NCBI GenBank assembly: GCA_041906305.1
Contig: JAYRJL010000004.1
Location: 264,334-328,333, forward strand
Reading direction: 5' to 3'
Source of the DNA: Alphaproteobacteria bacterium
GTDB lineage: Bacteria; Pseudomonadota; Alphaproteobacteria; SHVZ01
DNA length: 64,000 bases
Shown: in pieces, positions 8,434 to 18,491 of the stretch
Numbering within the stretch: position 1 is the stretch's first letter
Layout of the letters: every line of letters starts with the position of its first letter
Translations under genes and position numbers: made by a program
The notes under the pieces: model-generated
Seen by the model: the letters and a program-made list of their open reading frames with translations, nothing else
The model's database searches: none
Told to the model about the DNA's origin: nothing

Positions 8434-9931
8434 TGGGGAGATGGTCGGCGGCGGCGTAGTTGGAGAACTTGGTCGTCGGCCCGTCGAACTGGAGCTTCAC
8501 CGTTCCGGTCGGTCCGTGACGCTGCTTGCCGATGATCACCTCGGCGAGGCCGTAGACCTGCTCGCAGCGTTCCTTCCACTGGTCGTAGCGGTCGTGGAAC
8601 TTCTCGTCGCTCTCTTCCGGCCGGCGCGTCGGCTCGGCGCGGGCGAGGTAGTACTCCTCGCGGAAGATGAACATGACCACGTCGGCATCCTGCTCGATCG
8701 ATCCGGACTCGCGGAGGTCGGAGAGCTGCGGGCGCTTGTCCTCGCGCTGCTCGACCGCGCGAGAAAGCTGCGAGCAGGCGAGCACCGGGATGTCGAGTTC
8801 CTTGGCGATCGCCTTCAGCGAGCGCGTGATGTCGGAGACTTCCTGCACGCGATTTTCCATCTTGCTGCCCGCAGATGCCCGCAGAAGCTGGAGGTAGTCG
8901 ACGACCAGCAGGTTGAGACCGTGCTGACGCTTCAGGCGTCGTGCGCGGGTGCGCACCGCGGTCACGGTCAGCGCCGGGGTGTCGTCGATGAAGATCGGCG
9001 CACGTTCGAGACGCTGGCTCGCCTGCACCAGGCGGCGGAAGTCGTGCTCGGTCAGTTCGCCGCGACGGATCTTCTCGCTCGGTACTTCGATCTGCTCCGC
9101 AAGCAAGCGGGTGGCGAGCTGCTCGGCCGACATTTCGAGCGAGAAGAACGCGACGACGAAGCGTTCGGCGTCGGGATTGTCGACCGACTGCACGGCCGCA
9201 TTGAAGGCGATGTTGCAGGCGAGGCCGGTCTTGCCCATGCCGGGGCGCGCGGCCAGCACCAGAAGGTCCGAAGGATGGAGGCCGCCCAGCATGCGATCCA
9301 TCTCGAGCAGGCCCGTCGGCACGCCGGTCAGCTTGCCTTCGCGCTTGTAGGCCTTCTCGGCCATCTCGATCGAGCCGGCCATCGCCTGGGCGAAGCTGCG
9401 GAAGCCGCTTTCGGCCGCATCGCTTTCGGCGAGATTGAACAGCTTCGACTCGGCGACCTCGATCTGGTCCTTGGCCGAGGTCTCGAGCTCGTGCTTGTGC
9501 GCCTCGTTGACCATCTCCTCGCCGACGTCGATGAGCTGGCGGCGGAGGAAGAGGTCGTGGACGGTGCGGCCGTAGTCCTCGGCGTTGACGATGGCGACGA
9601 CGGAGGCGGCGAGCTTGACCAGATACTGCGCGCCGCCGACCTCGGCGAGCGCGCCGTCCTGATCGAACAGCGCCTTCAGCGTCACCGGATTGGCGATCTG
9701 CCCGCGTTCGATCAGCTTGCCGATCGCCGCGTAGATGCGGCCGTGCGCCGGGTCGGCGAAGTGCTCGGCGCGGAGGAAGTCGCCGACGCGCTCGTAGGCG
9801 GCGTTGTTGACCAAGAGCGCGCCGAGCAGCCCTTGCTCGGCTTCGTAGTTGTGCGGCGGGGTGCGGTAGCCCGATGTGGCGGGCTCCTTGCGCTGTTCCG
9901 GCCACACCGAGGGAAGCTTCAGTTCGGTCAT
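8420..9931 (-). CDS. dnaB: replicative DNA helicase DnaB
   Basis: 503 aa; DnaB N-terminal domain plus RecA-like domain with Walker A ARPGMGKT. Confidence 0.95.
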   Translation of the reverse strand: MTELKLPSVWPEQRKEPATSGYRTPPHNYEAEQGLLGALLVNNAAYERVGDFLRAEHFADPAHGRIYAAIGKLIERGQIANPVTLKALFDQDGALAEVGGAQYLVKLAASVVAIVNAEDYGRTVHDLFLRRQLIDVGEEMVNEAHKHELETSAKDQIEVAESKLFNLAESDAAESGFRSFAQAMAGSIEMAEKAYKREGKLTGVPTGLLEMDRMLGGLHPSDLLVLAARPGMGKTGLACNIAFNAAVQSVDNPDAERFVVAFFSLEMSAEQLATRLLAEQIEVPSEKIRRGELTEHDFRRLVQASQRLERAPIFIDDTPALTVTAVRTRARRLKRQHGLNLLVVDYLQLLRASAGSKMENRVQEVSDITRSLKAIAKELDIPVLACSQLSRAVEQREDKRPQLSDLRESGSIEQDADVVMFIFREEYYLARAEPTRRPEESDEKFHDRYDQWKERCEQVYGLAEVIIGKQRHGPTGTVKLQFDGPTTKFSNYAAADHLPNEIG

Positions 9932-9993
9932 CGACGGACCTTCGGGCGCGAGCAGAGCATCATCGAGCGCCTTGTTGTCCCCCCTGAACGAAC

Positions 9994-10028
9994 GAGGCCG
10001 GCATTAACCCAGAAGGGGTGCCGGCCTC
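9994..10028 (-). terminator. hairpin (10-bp perfect stem gaggccggca/tgccggcctc) downstream of rplI
   Basis: Perfect 10-bp stem with a 15-nt loop, 65 nt after the rplI stop. No clean U-run, so it may be a partial terminator or processing site ahead of dnaB. Confidence 0.45.
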
Positions 10029-10080
10029 GCAACGCATTCGTCATTCACCGCACAGCTTTGTTTTCCACAGGCTGTGGGTA

Positions 10081-10089
10081 TGTGGATAA
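10081..10089 (-). promoter_or_regulatory. DnaA box (TTATCCACA on minus strand) between rplI and dnaB
   Basis: tgtggataa on the plus strand is an exact reverse complement of the DnaA box consensus, 4 nt downstream of the rplI stop. Confidence 0.4.
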
Positions 10090-10092
10090 CGA

Positions 10093-10608
10093 TCAGCCGG
10101 CAGCGGGCGCCTCTTCGGCGGCCGGGGCCCCTTCGGCGGCAGCCTGGGCTGCATCGGCCTCTTCGGTGGAGCGCGCGACGGTGACGGTGACGCTGACCTT
10201 CACCTCCGGATGGAGCGAGATCTTCACGTCGTGCACGCCGGTCGACTTGATCGGCTGGCCGAGCATCACCTGGCTCTTCTGCACCGTGAAGCCGGCGCTG
10301 GTGATCTCGTCCGCGATGTCGCGGAGCGTGACCGAGCCGTAGAGCGCGCCGGTCTCGGCGGCCTGACGGACGATCGCGACCTTGAGCCCGTTCAGCTTGG
10401 AACCGACCTTCTCGGCCTCTTCCTTGCGCTTCAGGTTGTCGGCCTCGAGCTGCGAGCGGCGCTTCTCGAAGACCTCGCGATTTTCCTTGGTGGCGCGGAG
10501 CGCCTTCTTCTTCGGCAGAAGGAAGTTGCGGGCGAAGCCCGGCTTCACCTTCACCACATCGCCCATCTGGCCGAGGCTCTCGATGCGCTCAAGAAGAATA
10601 ACGTCCAT
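10093..10608 (-). CDS. rplI: 50S ribosomal protein L9 with Ala/Glu-rich C-terminal extension
   Basis: [32 protein letters not shown] is the canonical L9 N-terminus. Confidence 0.95.
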   Translation of the reverse strand: MDVILLERIESLGQMGDVVKVKPGFARNFLLPKKKALRATKENREVFEKRRSQLEADNLKRKEEAEKVGSKLNGLKVAIVRQAAETGALYGSVTLRDIADEITSAGFTVQKSQVMLGQPIKSTGVHDVKISLHPEVKVSVTVTVARSTEEADAAQAAAEGAPAAEEAPAAG

Positions 10609-10620
10609 GGGTTGGCTCCC

Positions 10621-11556
10621 TCATTCCGCCGGGCTTGCGGTCGCCAGTCGGCGGCGCAGGCCCAGCCATTGATCGAACAGCCCGAGGCCAGCCACCAGCG
10701 CCACCGGCCATCCCATGACGAGCATGGCGGCGTAGGCGGCGACGAGGATGAAGGCCCTTTGGGCGGAGTATTTGCGGGCGACGGCGTGAACCACGCCGAG
10801 CCCGACGAAGAAGAACGGTACGAGCAGGATCAGGAACAGGTTCCTGCCGAGGAACCCGAGCGGGTCTAGGCCGATCACCGCGGCCGCGCCGGCGATGCCG
10901 AGCGCGATGGTGAGAAGCCCCGGCAGCTCGATGTCGGCAAGCTCGGGGCTCGGACGCAGGTTGCGTCCGAAACGTACGAGCACGCCCTGGGCCAGGGCCG
11001 CGTTCACCGCGGTCATGGCCAGCCACGACATCACCACCGCCGCGGGGAACCACGGGGCGATCGCGTCCAGGATGCGCTGGCGGTCGCCCTCGGCGGCCGA
11101 CGCCATCATGCGATCGATCCAGAGTCCGAGGAACGAGCGGATCGACGCCTCGAGGCCCTCGGCCGAGAGCGCCAGCACGGCGCCGGCGACGACGAAGGCG
11201 CCGGCACCGATCCCGACCATCCAGGTGACGAGCAGGCCGAGCGGATACCACTCGGTCTTGCCCTCGGCATCCTGGCGGCTGAGCAGCGCCTTGCGGGCGA
11301 CCACCATCACCGGGACACCGCTGACGATCAGGAACAGGCTGCCGGCGATGAAGCCGCCGACGAGGCTGACGACCACCGCGGCGCTGCCGGTCGCGGTCAC
11401 GCCGGCGAGCCCACCCATGCCCAGCGCCACGACGAAGAGCGGAAGCTGTGCCAGATAGGCAAGCAGCATCGCGCTCGGCTGGCCGAGGACGACCGAGAGG
11501 TAGAGGAGGGCGCTCAACACACCTGCGCCCGCCGCGATGAGCCCGAACCGAAGCAT
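10621..11556 (-). CDS. DUF2232-type integral membrane protein (conserved between rpsR and rplI in alphaproteobacteria)
   Basis: 311-aa polytopic membrane protein in the conserved rpsF-rpsR-X-rplI position. Confidence 0.7.
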   Translation of the reverse strand: MLRFGLIAAGAGVLSALLYLSVVLGQPSAMLLAYLAQLPLFVVALGMGGLAGVTATGSAAVVVSLVGGFIAGSLFLIVSGVPVMVVARKALLSRQDAEGKTEWYPLGLLVTWMVGIGAGAFVVAGAVLALSAEGLEASIRSFLGLWIDRMMASAAEGDRQRILDAIAPWFPAAVVMSWLAMTAVNAALAQGVLVRFGRNLRPSPELADIELPGLLTIALGIAGAAAVIGLDPLGFLGRNLFLILLVPFFFVGLGVVHAVARKYSAQRAFILVAAYAAMLVMGWPVALVAGLGLFDQWLGLRRRLATASPAE

Positions 11557-11580
11557 GGTCCTGGTCCTAGATCCCCTGCC

Positions 11581-11886
11581 TTACTTGATCACGTAAGGCA
11601 TGAGGGCGAGGAAGCGCGCGCGCTTGATCGCCTGGGCGAGATCGCGCTGCTTCTTCGCGGAGACCGCGGTGATGCGGCTCGGCACGATCTTGCCGCGCTC
11701 GGACACGAAGCGCTGGAGCAGCTTGATGTCCTTGTAGTCGATCTTCGGCGCGTTCGGATGGGCGAACGGGCACGACTTCCGGCGACGGAAGAAGGGACGG
11801 CGTCCGCCGCCCGCACCGCCGCGACCGCCGCCTTCGCGGCCCTCGCCGCGACCGCCTTCGCGGCCGCCTTCGCTACGTCCGGTCAT
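11581..11886 (-). CDS. rpsR: 30S ribosomal protein S18 with Gly/Arg-rich N-terminal extension
   Basis: [13 protein letters not shown]...IDYKD...[38 protein letters not shown] matches S18. The N-terminal ~30 aa are GGREGG repeats. Its ATG overlaps the rpsF stop (ATGA). Confidence 0.9.
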   Translation of the reverse strand: MTGRSEGGREGGRGEGREGGGRGGAGGGRRPFFRRRKSCPFAHPNAPKIDYKDIKLLQRFVSERGKIVPSRITAVSAKKQRDLAQAIKRARFLALMPYVIK

Positions 11887-12335
11887 GCGTCACCTCCACG
11901 GGGGGCATCGCCGCCCTCGGCACGGTCCTCATGGCGCGGCCCGTCCTCGCGGTCACGGCGCCAGCCGCCGCGATCGCCACGGTCGCCCCGGTCTCCGCGA
12001 TCGCCGCGGTCGGACCGGCTCTGCATCATCGCCGACGGACCCTCTTCGAGAGCCTCGACCCGGACCGTCAGGTAGCGGATCACGTCTTCGCTGATGCGCA
12101 TGTTGCGCTCGAGCTCGTGCACCGCCGCCGCCGGGGCGTCGATGTTCAGGAGCATGTAATGGCCCTTCCGGTTCTTCTTGATCCGGAACGACAGCGACTT
12201 CAGGCCCCAATACTCTTTCTTGAGGACCTTGCCGCCATTGGCTTCGATAAGGCTGTTGAACTGCTCGGTCAGGGCTTCGACCTGGGTGGTCGAGACATCC
12301 TGACGAGCGATGAACACGTTCTCGTAGAACGCCAC
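11883..12335 (-). CDS. rpsF: 30S ribosomal protein S6 with C-terminal DRG-repeat tail
   Basis: GTG start at 12335 preceded by AGGGAG, giving [15 protein letters not shown].... The ORF upstream of this GTG has no ATG. The C-terminus encodes [17 protein letters not shown] from 9-bp tandem DNA repeats (~11960-12013). Confidence 0.85.
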   Translation of the reverse strand: MAFYENVFIARQDVSTTQVEALTEQFNSLIEANGGKVLKKEYWGLKSLSFRIKKNRKGHYMLLNIDAPAAAVHELERNMRISEDVIRYLTVRVEALEEGPSAMMQSRSDRGDRGDRGDRGDRGGWRRDREDGPRHEDRAEGGDAPRGGDA

Positions 12336-12475
12336 CGCTTGGATCTCCCTTTGGCTGTTAGCGGTCCGGAGCCACCATGGCCGGCCGGACCTAGCCGGGA
12401 CCAGACGCGGACCCGGCAAGGAGCTATGAGGGCGCGGACTATACACATGCCGCCGGCGCCGGCAAGCTCCGTTGC

Positions 12476-12889
12476 GTGGCGCGGAACGTCGCGGAGGGGC
12501 GGATGGACGTGGCGGGCGAGATCGCGGCGGCACTCAAGACCAAGGAAGAGGGGCTCATCCGCAAATCCGCGAGCATCTTGAACGACTTGATCGATCCGGC
12601 CTTCGTCTACGTGAACTCGCGCGGGGTGAAGTCGGATAAGCAGGCCTACATCGACCGGATCTGTCAGGCCACCGACTGGAGCTTTGGCGGACAGAAGGTC
12701 GAAGGGCTCGACGTTCGGCACTTTGGGAGCTTCGTGGTCGCCGCCATGACCCTGCACGACACCTTCATCCACGCCGGCGGCACTGCCGAGCGTACCTATC
12801 AGTCCCTCTGCGTCTTCCGGAAGGAGGGGAGCCGCTGGATCTGGGTCGCCGGCCAGACGATGGCGCCGGAGACGGGCCCCCGCGGCTGA
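12476..12889 (+). CDS. NTF2-like DUF4440 family protein
   Basis: 137 aa; the motif ...[15 protein letters not shown] is typical of SnoaL/DUF4440 folds. The start may be the internal Met at 12503. Confidence 0.55.
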   Translation: MARNVAEGRMDVAGEIAAALKTKEEGLIRKSASILNDLIDPAFVYVNSRGVKSDKQAYIDRICQATDWSFGGQKVEGLDVRHFGSFVVAAMTLHDTFIHAGGTAERTYQSLCVFRKEGSRWIWVAGQTMAPETGPRG

Positions 12890-12924
12890 CTTAGGATCGG
12901 GCACAGTCTCCGACCCAGGCCCAC

Positions 12925-13860
12925 ATGTTTCCGCTTCTCGAAATCGTCCTGCCGATCTTCGCCGTCGTCCTCGTCGGCTGGCTGGTCGGCCGCTTCGACA
13001 TCATCAAGGCCGAGCGGGTCAACGGGCTCGCCGACTTCACCTTCTTCATCGCGATCCCGGCGCTGATGTTCCGCTCGGTGGTCCGCAACATCCGCTGGGA
13101 GACCGCCGATCCCGGCGTGCTGATCGCCTATTTCGGCTCCGGCCTCGTGATCTACGCGATCGCTCTCCTCATCGGTCTCCGCGTCTTCAAGATCACGTTC
13201 GAGGAAGCGGCGGTGCTGGGGCTCGCCTGCACCTTCGGCAATTCGGTCCAGCTCGGGATTCCCATGGTGGTCCGCACCTTCGGCGAGCACGGGCTCGTGC
13301 CGCTGATGCTGATCATCAGCTTCCACTCGCTCGTGCTGATCGGGCTCACCACGGTGCTGATCGAGATCGCGCGCGGGCGCGGCGGCGGCGCCAGGGTGGC
13401 GGCGATCCAGTCGGCGAAGGGCGCCGCCAGGAATCCGATCATCATCGCGATGGTCGCCGGCCTGGCGACTGCCGGCTTCGACGTCGAGCTGCCGAAGATG
13501 GTGGACGACTTCCTGGGCCTGCTGGGCGCCGCCGGCATTCCATGCGCGCTGTTCGCGCTCGGTGCCCAGATCTCCCGGTTCAGGTTCGGCGGCTCGCTCG
13601 GTCCCACCGTGGCGATCCTCGTCCTGAAGCTGGCGGCGCTGCCGGCGATCGTCTGGCTCTTCGGGATCTGGCTTGGTCTTTCCGGCGAGACGGCGGCGGT
13701 GGCGATCCTCGCTTCCGGCCTTCCCACCGGCGCCAACGTCTTCATCCTCGCCAACCGATATCTCGTTTACCAGGCGCCGGTGGTGTCCTCTGTCGTCGCC
13801 TCGACCGCGCTCTCGCTCGTCACGATCACGCTGCTGATCGCCTGGCTGGCGCCGGTCTAG
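12925..13860 (+). CDS. AEC (auxin efflux carrier) family transporter
   Basis: 311-aa, 10-TMS hydrophobic protein with the two-halves AEC architecture. Confidence 0.85.
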   Translation: MFPLLEIVLPIFAVVLVGWLVGRFDIIKAERVNGLADFTFFIAIPALMFRSVVRNIRWETADPGVLIAYFGSGLVIYAIALLIGLRVFKITFEEAAVLGLACTFGNSVQLGIPMVVRTFGEHGLVPLMLIISFHSLVLIGLTTVLIEIARGRGGGARVAAIQSAKGAARNPIIIAMVAGLATAGFDVELPKMVDDFLGLLGAAGIPCALFALGAQISRFRFGGSLGPTVAILVLKLAALPAIVWLFGIWLGLSGETAAVAILASGLPTGANVFILANRYLVYQAPVVSSVVASTALSLVTITLLIAWLAPV

Positions 13861-16517
13861 AAGGCGAAGCGGGAAATCGGGACCTCCCGGCCCGAGGGCA
13901 GGACCAGCGTGGCGGTCCGGAAACCTGTCGCGCGGAGCGTGACGCCGCCGCGCTCCGCCAGCAGCCGCGGTCCCCCAGCGCCGAAAGCGTATTCCTGCAA
14001 GGTCCCCTGGAAGAGCCCTCTCGCGTAGGTCCCGCTCGCGACGTACCAGGCGGAACTGCCGTCGTCTCGATAGAGATGCGTGGACATGAGCAGCACCCCG
14101 TTCCGGATCTCGATGAAGTAGCCGGATCCCGGCTCGGCCGCGTTCCACCACCAGCCCGTCTCGGGCTCCAGCAATTCTTCATAGGCGCCCGTGACGTCGA
14201 GCCGCGCATGGAGTCGTGCCGTTCGCGGATCGACAACCGGGACACCCGACGAGGCGATCGCCCTCTCCAGGGACGCGACGTGCGTCGGCCCGGCGGTCTT
14301 GAGAGCCGCGATCGCCCCGGCGACGTGCGGCGCCGCCATCGACGTGCCGCGCAAGGCCTCGAAGCCGCCGCCGGGCATCGAGGAGACGATGCCGTCGCCC
14401 GGGGCCACGATCATCGGCAGGCGCCACGCGTTCGAGAAGGCGGCGAGCACATCGAGAGCGGTGGTTGCGCCGACGCGGATCGCGCTGGAAACGCAGGCCG
14501 GCACGGCGACGGCGTTGGTTTGCTTCCCATTGCCGGCGGCGACGACCGACGCCACGCCGATTGCCCGAAGCTGATCGAAGATCGGCTTGTACGGCGTGTC
14601 GTCGCAGTAGCCCGCGTAGGCGTCGCCGCCGAGGCTCAGGTTGACGGCGACGACGTTGAGCCGCTGCGCGTTGTCGCGGACGTATTCGAGACCCCTGATG
14701 ATGTCGGAGTCGGTCGCGCCGATGCAGGGGCCGAGGCAATAGAGCATGGGGTAGTGCCGGAAGACCTGAACGCTCATCAGGCTCGCTTCGGGAGCGACGC
14801 CCGAGAAAGCCTCGCCCCTTCCAGCGACGATGCCCGCGACATGCGTACCGTGATAGCAGGTGGCCTCCGCATCGGCGCAGGGTCTGCCGGCGCCGCGGCC
14901 GAACATCGCGTCGGCGCCGTTCGGGCAGGCCGTCATGATTCCGTGGCTGCGGATCGAGGTGCTGAAGCACGCCTCATCGATCACGCGCCCGCCGAGAAAG
15001 GGATGCGTCGCGTCGATGCCCGTATCCAGCACCGCGACGGTCTGGCCTGCGCCCGTATGTCCCCTGGACCAGACATAGGGCGCCCGTATCCTCGGAACGG
15101 AAGCCGCAAGTAAGGTGGACCGTCTGGCATCCTCATGCACTGCCGCGACCGAGGGATCGGCGAGAAGCGCCTCGAGCCCGGCCGGCGTGACGTCGGCGAC
15201 GACCAGCGGGAGACTTCCGAAGGCGGACACGATCGCGCTTCCCGCTGCGGAGAGCGACGAAGCAAGCCGACCACCGTCCGATGCGGTTCCGTGGAGCCTG
15301 ACGATGACCCGCTGGCTTCCTTTCGACAGGACGAGATCCTTGAGCTCCCTCAACCTGACCGCTTCGGCCTTGATGGGGGCGGGCAGGGTGCCGGGGTCGT
15401 CGGAAGATGCGCTGCCACCGACTGGGTATCGCTCGATGGCAAGAGTTTTCCCACCGGACCGCGCCAGCGTGCCGCGAGCCGACGACGCGAAGGCGAGGGA
15501 GATCGTTCCGGCGGAATCGCGTTCGGCGGGCGGCTTCGAGCCGCCTGCATATTCCGTCAGGGTCGTCGTGAGACCGAAGCCGTCCCAGGAGCCGGACCCC
15601 AGGTACCAGACGGCGCTGCCGTCGGCGCGATAGTCGTAGGCGGCGATCATCAGCCGGTCGTCGCGGAGTTCGATCGAATAGGCGCGGCCGGGCTCGCTCG
15701 GCGCCCACCACCAGCCGCTTTCCGGATCGGCGGACGGCGGCATGAATCGCGCCGTGCAGGCGACATCTCCGCCGATGACGATCCTCGCCTCTGCCGTGCG
15801 ACCGCTCGCGCTGCAGGCGCCGCCCCATCCGGCGAAGACCCATCCGGTTCCAGGGACTGCGCGCAGCGGCACCGACGCGTCCTGGTAGACCTCGATCGTG
15901 CACGTGCCGGAGGCGCAGCGCGGGCCATTGCGGCCCAAGATGACCTCGCCGGCGCCGATGCCCGCGAGCGTCATGGTCAGGCGGCGCTTGATCAGCACCG
16001 GTTCGTGAGCCGGCACCTGGACCGTCCGGGGCGTCAGCTGCAGCTGGCCATGAGTGAGGCTGAAGGCGCCGTTCGGATCGAAGCCGGACTGGAATGCGCC
16101 GAAGTCGAAGGCGACCGTCACCGGCTCATGGACGTTGCCGCAGATCCGGCTGCCGGCGGCATCGACGACCTGCTCGACGATGTAGACCCTGTTGTTCTGG
16201 CGGACAGCCCAGCCGCCGCAGACGCGGGCGCCGATAGTCTTCGTCGGGATCATCCGTATCATGAGCACCGAGCGGCTGGGATCTTCGGCGCACGGCACGC
16301 GCCAGAGAACCGCATCGGATTCGGAGGGGGAGAGGCTCTGTTCGGAAAACCTGGCTGACGGGGCCGGGGGCGGCGCCGGAAATCGCTCGGGCAGACAGCC
16401 GGCAAGGTAAGCCGATGCGTTCGGAAGGCTCGGTTCGGCCCACGCGCCCGCGGGAACCAACTTCGCCAGGGTCAGGGCGATCGCCGCCAGCCAAACCGAC
16501 CGGAATCCAGGGCGCAT
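13857..16517 (-). CDS. secreted S8 family serine peptidase (subtilase) with InlB-B-repeat-like N-domain and two flanking 'GWWW' repeat domains
   Basis: Signal peptide MRPGFRSVWLAAIALTLAKLVPAGAWA (ATG 16517; the track start at 16577 is TTG). Catalytic triad motifs VLDTGID, HGTHVAG, GTSMAAPHVAG. Two ~100-aa repeats ESGWWWAPSEPGRAYSIE... (nt ~15414-15725) and ETGWWWNAAEPGSGYFIE... (nt 13860-14168). Confidence 0.85.
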   Translation of the reverse strand: MRPGFRSVWLAAIALTLAKLVPAGAWAEPSLPNASAYLAGCLPERFPAPPPAPSARFSEQSLSPSESDAVLWRVPCAEDPSRSVLMIRMIPTKTIGARVCGGWAVRQNNRVYIVEQVVDAAGSRICGNVHEPVTVAFDFGAFQSGFDPNGAFSLTHGQLQLTPRTVQVPAHEPVLIKRRLTMTLAGIGAGEVILGRNGPRCASGTCTIEVYQDASVPLRAVPGTGWVFAGWGGACSASGRTAEARIVIGGDVACTARFMPPSADPESGWWWAPSEPGRAYSIELRDDRLMIAAYDYRADGSAVWYLGSGSWDGFGLTTTLTEYAGGSKPPAERDSAGTISLAFASSARGTLARSGGKTLAIERYPVGGSASSDDPGTLPAPIKAEAVRLRELKDLVLSKGSQRVIVRLHGTASDGGRLASSLSAAGSAIVSAFGSLPLVVADVTPAGLEALLADPSVAAVHEDARRSTLLAASVPRIRAPYVWSRGHTGAGQTVAVLDTGIDATHPFLGGRVIDEACFSTSIRSHGIMTACPNGADAMFGRGAGRPCADAEATCYHGTHVAGIVAGRGEAFSGVAPEASLMSVQVFRHYPMLYCLGPCIGATDSDIIRGLEYVRDNAQRLNVVAVNLSLGGDAYAGYCDDTPYKPIFDQLRAIGVASVVAAGNGKQTNAVAVPACVSSAIRVGATTALDVLAAFSNAWRLPMIVAPGDGIVSSMPGGGFEALRGTSMAAPHVAGAIAALKTAGPTHVASLERAIASSGVPVVDPRTARLHARLDVTGAYEELLEPETGWWWNAAEPGSGYFIEIRNGVLLMSTHLYRDDGSSAWYVASGTYARGLFQGTLQEYAFGAGGPRLLAERGGVTLRATGFRTATLVLPSGREVPISRFAF

Positions 16518-16684
16518 GATGAGGACCGGATGATGAGAGAGATTCGGAACAATAAGAGAACAAACGCAACCTTTCAAATAATGATACGACTATCATACTA
16601 TTTTCCTGTGGGATGCGGGCTGGCTCGCCTTGACTCCCCCGGTCGCCGTGCCATGACTCCGGCCCTTTTCAAGCGGGGATCTGC

Positions 16685-17626
16685 ATGACGCGTGCGTTCG
16701 TCTGTCCGGGACAGGGCTCCCAGGCCGTGGGCATGGGAATGGAGCTGGCTCAAGCCTTCCCGGTCGCCCGCGAGGTTTTGCAGGAAGTCGACGAGGCGCT
16801 GAAGCAGGGTCTCTCGAAGCTGATGGCGGAGGGGCCGCAGGACGCGCTCACCCTGACGGAGAACGCGCAACCGGCCTTGATGGCGGTCTCGGTCGCGGTG
16901 GTCCGCGTGATCGAGAAGGAGTCGGGCAAGCGTCTTTCGGATCTCGCCAGTCACGTCGCCGGCCATTCGCTCGGCGAGTACTCGGCGCTCTGCGCCGCGG
17001 GCGCCCTCTCGGTCGCGGATACGGCGCGTCTGCTGAAGCTGCGCGGGCAGTCGATGCAGAAGGCGGTGCCGGTCGGCGAGGGCGCGATGGCGGCGCTTCT
17101 CGGCGCCGATCTCGACCAGGCGAAGGCGATCGCCGACGAGGCACGCCAGGGGCAGGTCTGCGACCTCGGCAACGACAACGGCCCGGGGCAGGTCGTGCTG
17201 TCGGGATCGAAGGCCGCGATCGACCGGGCGATCCAGATCGCGCCGACCAAGGGCGTCAAGAAGGCCGTGCCGCTGCCGGTGAGCGCGCCGTTCCATTCCG
17301 CGCTGATGAAGCCCGCGGCGGACGCGATGCAGGAGGCGCTCGCCAAGATCGACATGAAGCAGCCCAGCGTGCCGGTGATCGCCAATGTGCGCGCCGCGCC
17401 GGTCTCCGATCCGTCCGAGATCAAGAAGCTGCTGGTGAGCCAGGTGACCGGCATGGTGCGCTGGCGCGAATGCGTGCTGGCGATGGTCGAGCACGGCGTC
17501 ACCAAGGAGATCGAGGTCGGTGCCGGCAAGGTGCTGTCTGGTCTCGCCAAGCGCATCCACAAGGATCTCGAGGCCACGTCGGTGCACACGCCGGCCGACG
17601 TCGAGGCCTTCCTCAAGACTCTCTAG
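16685..17626 (+). CDS. fabD: ACP S-malonyltransferase
   Basis: GHSLGE active-site serine motif; starts the fab cluster. Confidence 0.95.
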   Translation: MTRAFVCPGQGSQAVGMGMELAQAFPVAREVLQEVDEALKQGLSKLMAEGPQDALTLTENAQPALMAVSVAVVRVIEKESGKRLSDLASHVAGHSLGEYSALCAAGALSVADTARLLKLRGQSMQKAVPVGEGAMAALLGADLDQAKAIADEARQGQVCDLGNDNGPGQVVLSGSKAAIDRAIQIAPTKGVKKAVPLPVSAPFHSALMKPAADAMQEALAKIDMKQPSVPVIANVRAAPVSDPSEIKKLLVSQVTGMVRWRECVLAMVEHGVTKEIEVGAGKVLSGLAKRIHKDLEATSVHTPADVEAFLKTL

Positions 17627-17641
17627 AAGGAGCCGCGCCCA

Positions 17642-18382
17642 ATGTTCGACCTGAGCGGCAAGACCGCGCTCGTCACCGGCGCTTCCGGCGACATCGGCCG
17701 CGCCATCGCCAAGGCGCTGCACGGGCAGGGGGCCAAGGTGGCGCTGACCGGCACGCGCGCCGAGGCGTTGAACCAGCTCGCCAGCGAGCTCGGCGAGCGC
17801 GTGCACGTGGTGGCGGCCAACCTTTCCGATCCTGCCGATACCGAGCGTCTGGCGAAGGACGCGGAGGCCGCGCTCGGCGGCCAGCTCGACATCCTCGTCA
17901 ACAATGCCGGCATCACCAAGGACGGCCTGCTGATGCGGATGAAGGACGAGGACTGGCAGGCGGTCATCGAGGTCAACCTGAATGCCGGCATGCGGCTTTC
18001 ACGGGCGGCCCTTCGCGGCATGATGAAGCGCCGCTACGGGCGGATCATCGGCATCAGCTCGGTGGTCGGCGCCACCGGGAATCCCGGCCAGGCCAACTAC
18101 GCCGCCGCCAAGGCCGGCATGATCGGCTTTTCCAAGGCGCTGGCCCAGGAGGTCGCGTCCCGCGGCATCACCGTGAACGTGATCGCCCCCGGCATGATCA
18201 AGACGCCGATGACCGACGTCCTGACCGAGGACCAGAAGAACCGGATGCTGGAACGAATCCCCCTTGGAAGGCTTGGGACTTCGGACGAAATCGCCGCCGC
18301 CGCCGTCTACCTGGCCTCGGCCGAGGCCGGCTACGTGACCGGGGCGACGTTGCATGTGAACGGCGGTATGGCGATGCTGTGA
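17642..18382 (+). CDS. fabG: 3-oxoacyl-ACP reductase
   Basis: [12 protein letters not shown] and NYAAAKAG motifs. Confidence 0.95.
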   Translation: MFDLSGKTALVTGASGDIGRAIAKALHGQGAKVALTGTRAEALNQLASELGERVHVVAANLSDPADTERLAKDAEAALGGQLDILVNNAGITKDGLLMRMKDEDWQAVIEVNLNAGMRLSRAALRGMMKRRYGRIIGISSVVGATGNPGQANYAAAKAGMIGFSKALAQEVASRGITVNVIAPGMIKTPMTDVLTEDQKNRMLERIPLGRLGTSDEIAAAAVYLASAEAGYVTGATLHVNGGMAML

Positions 18383-18491
18383 TTATGGGGGCTCCGGGGG
18401 CGGCTGGACCGGCCCTGGGGACTTGTGTTACCACCCGACGCCCGGCCATAAATTCGGCTCGGAACAAGGTTTTTCCGAAGGAAAAGAGAAG

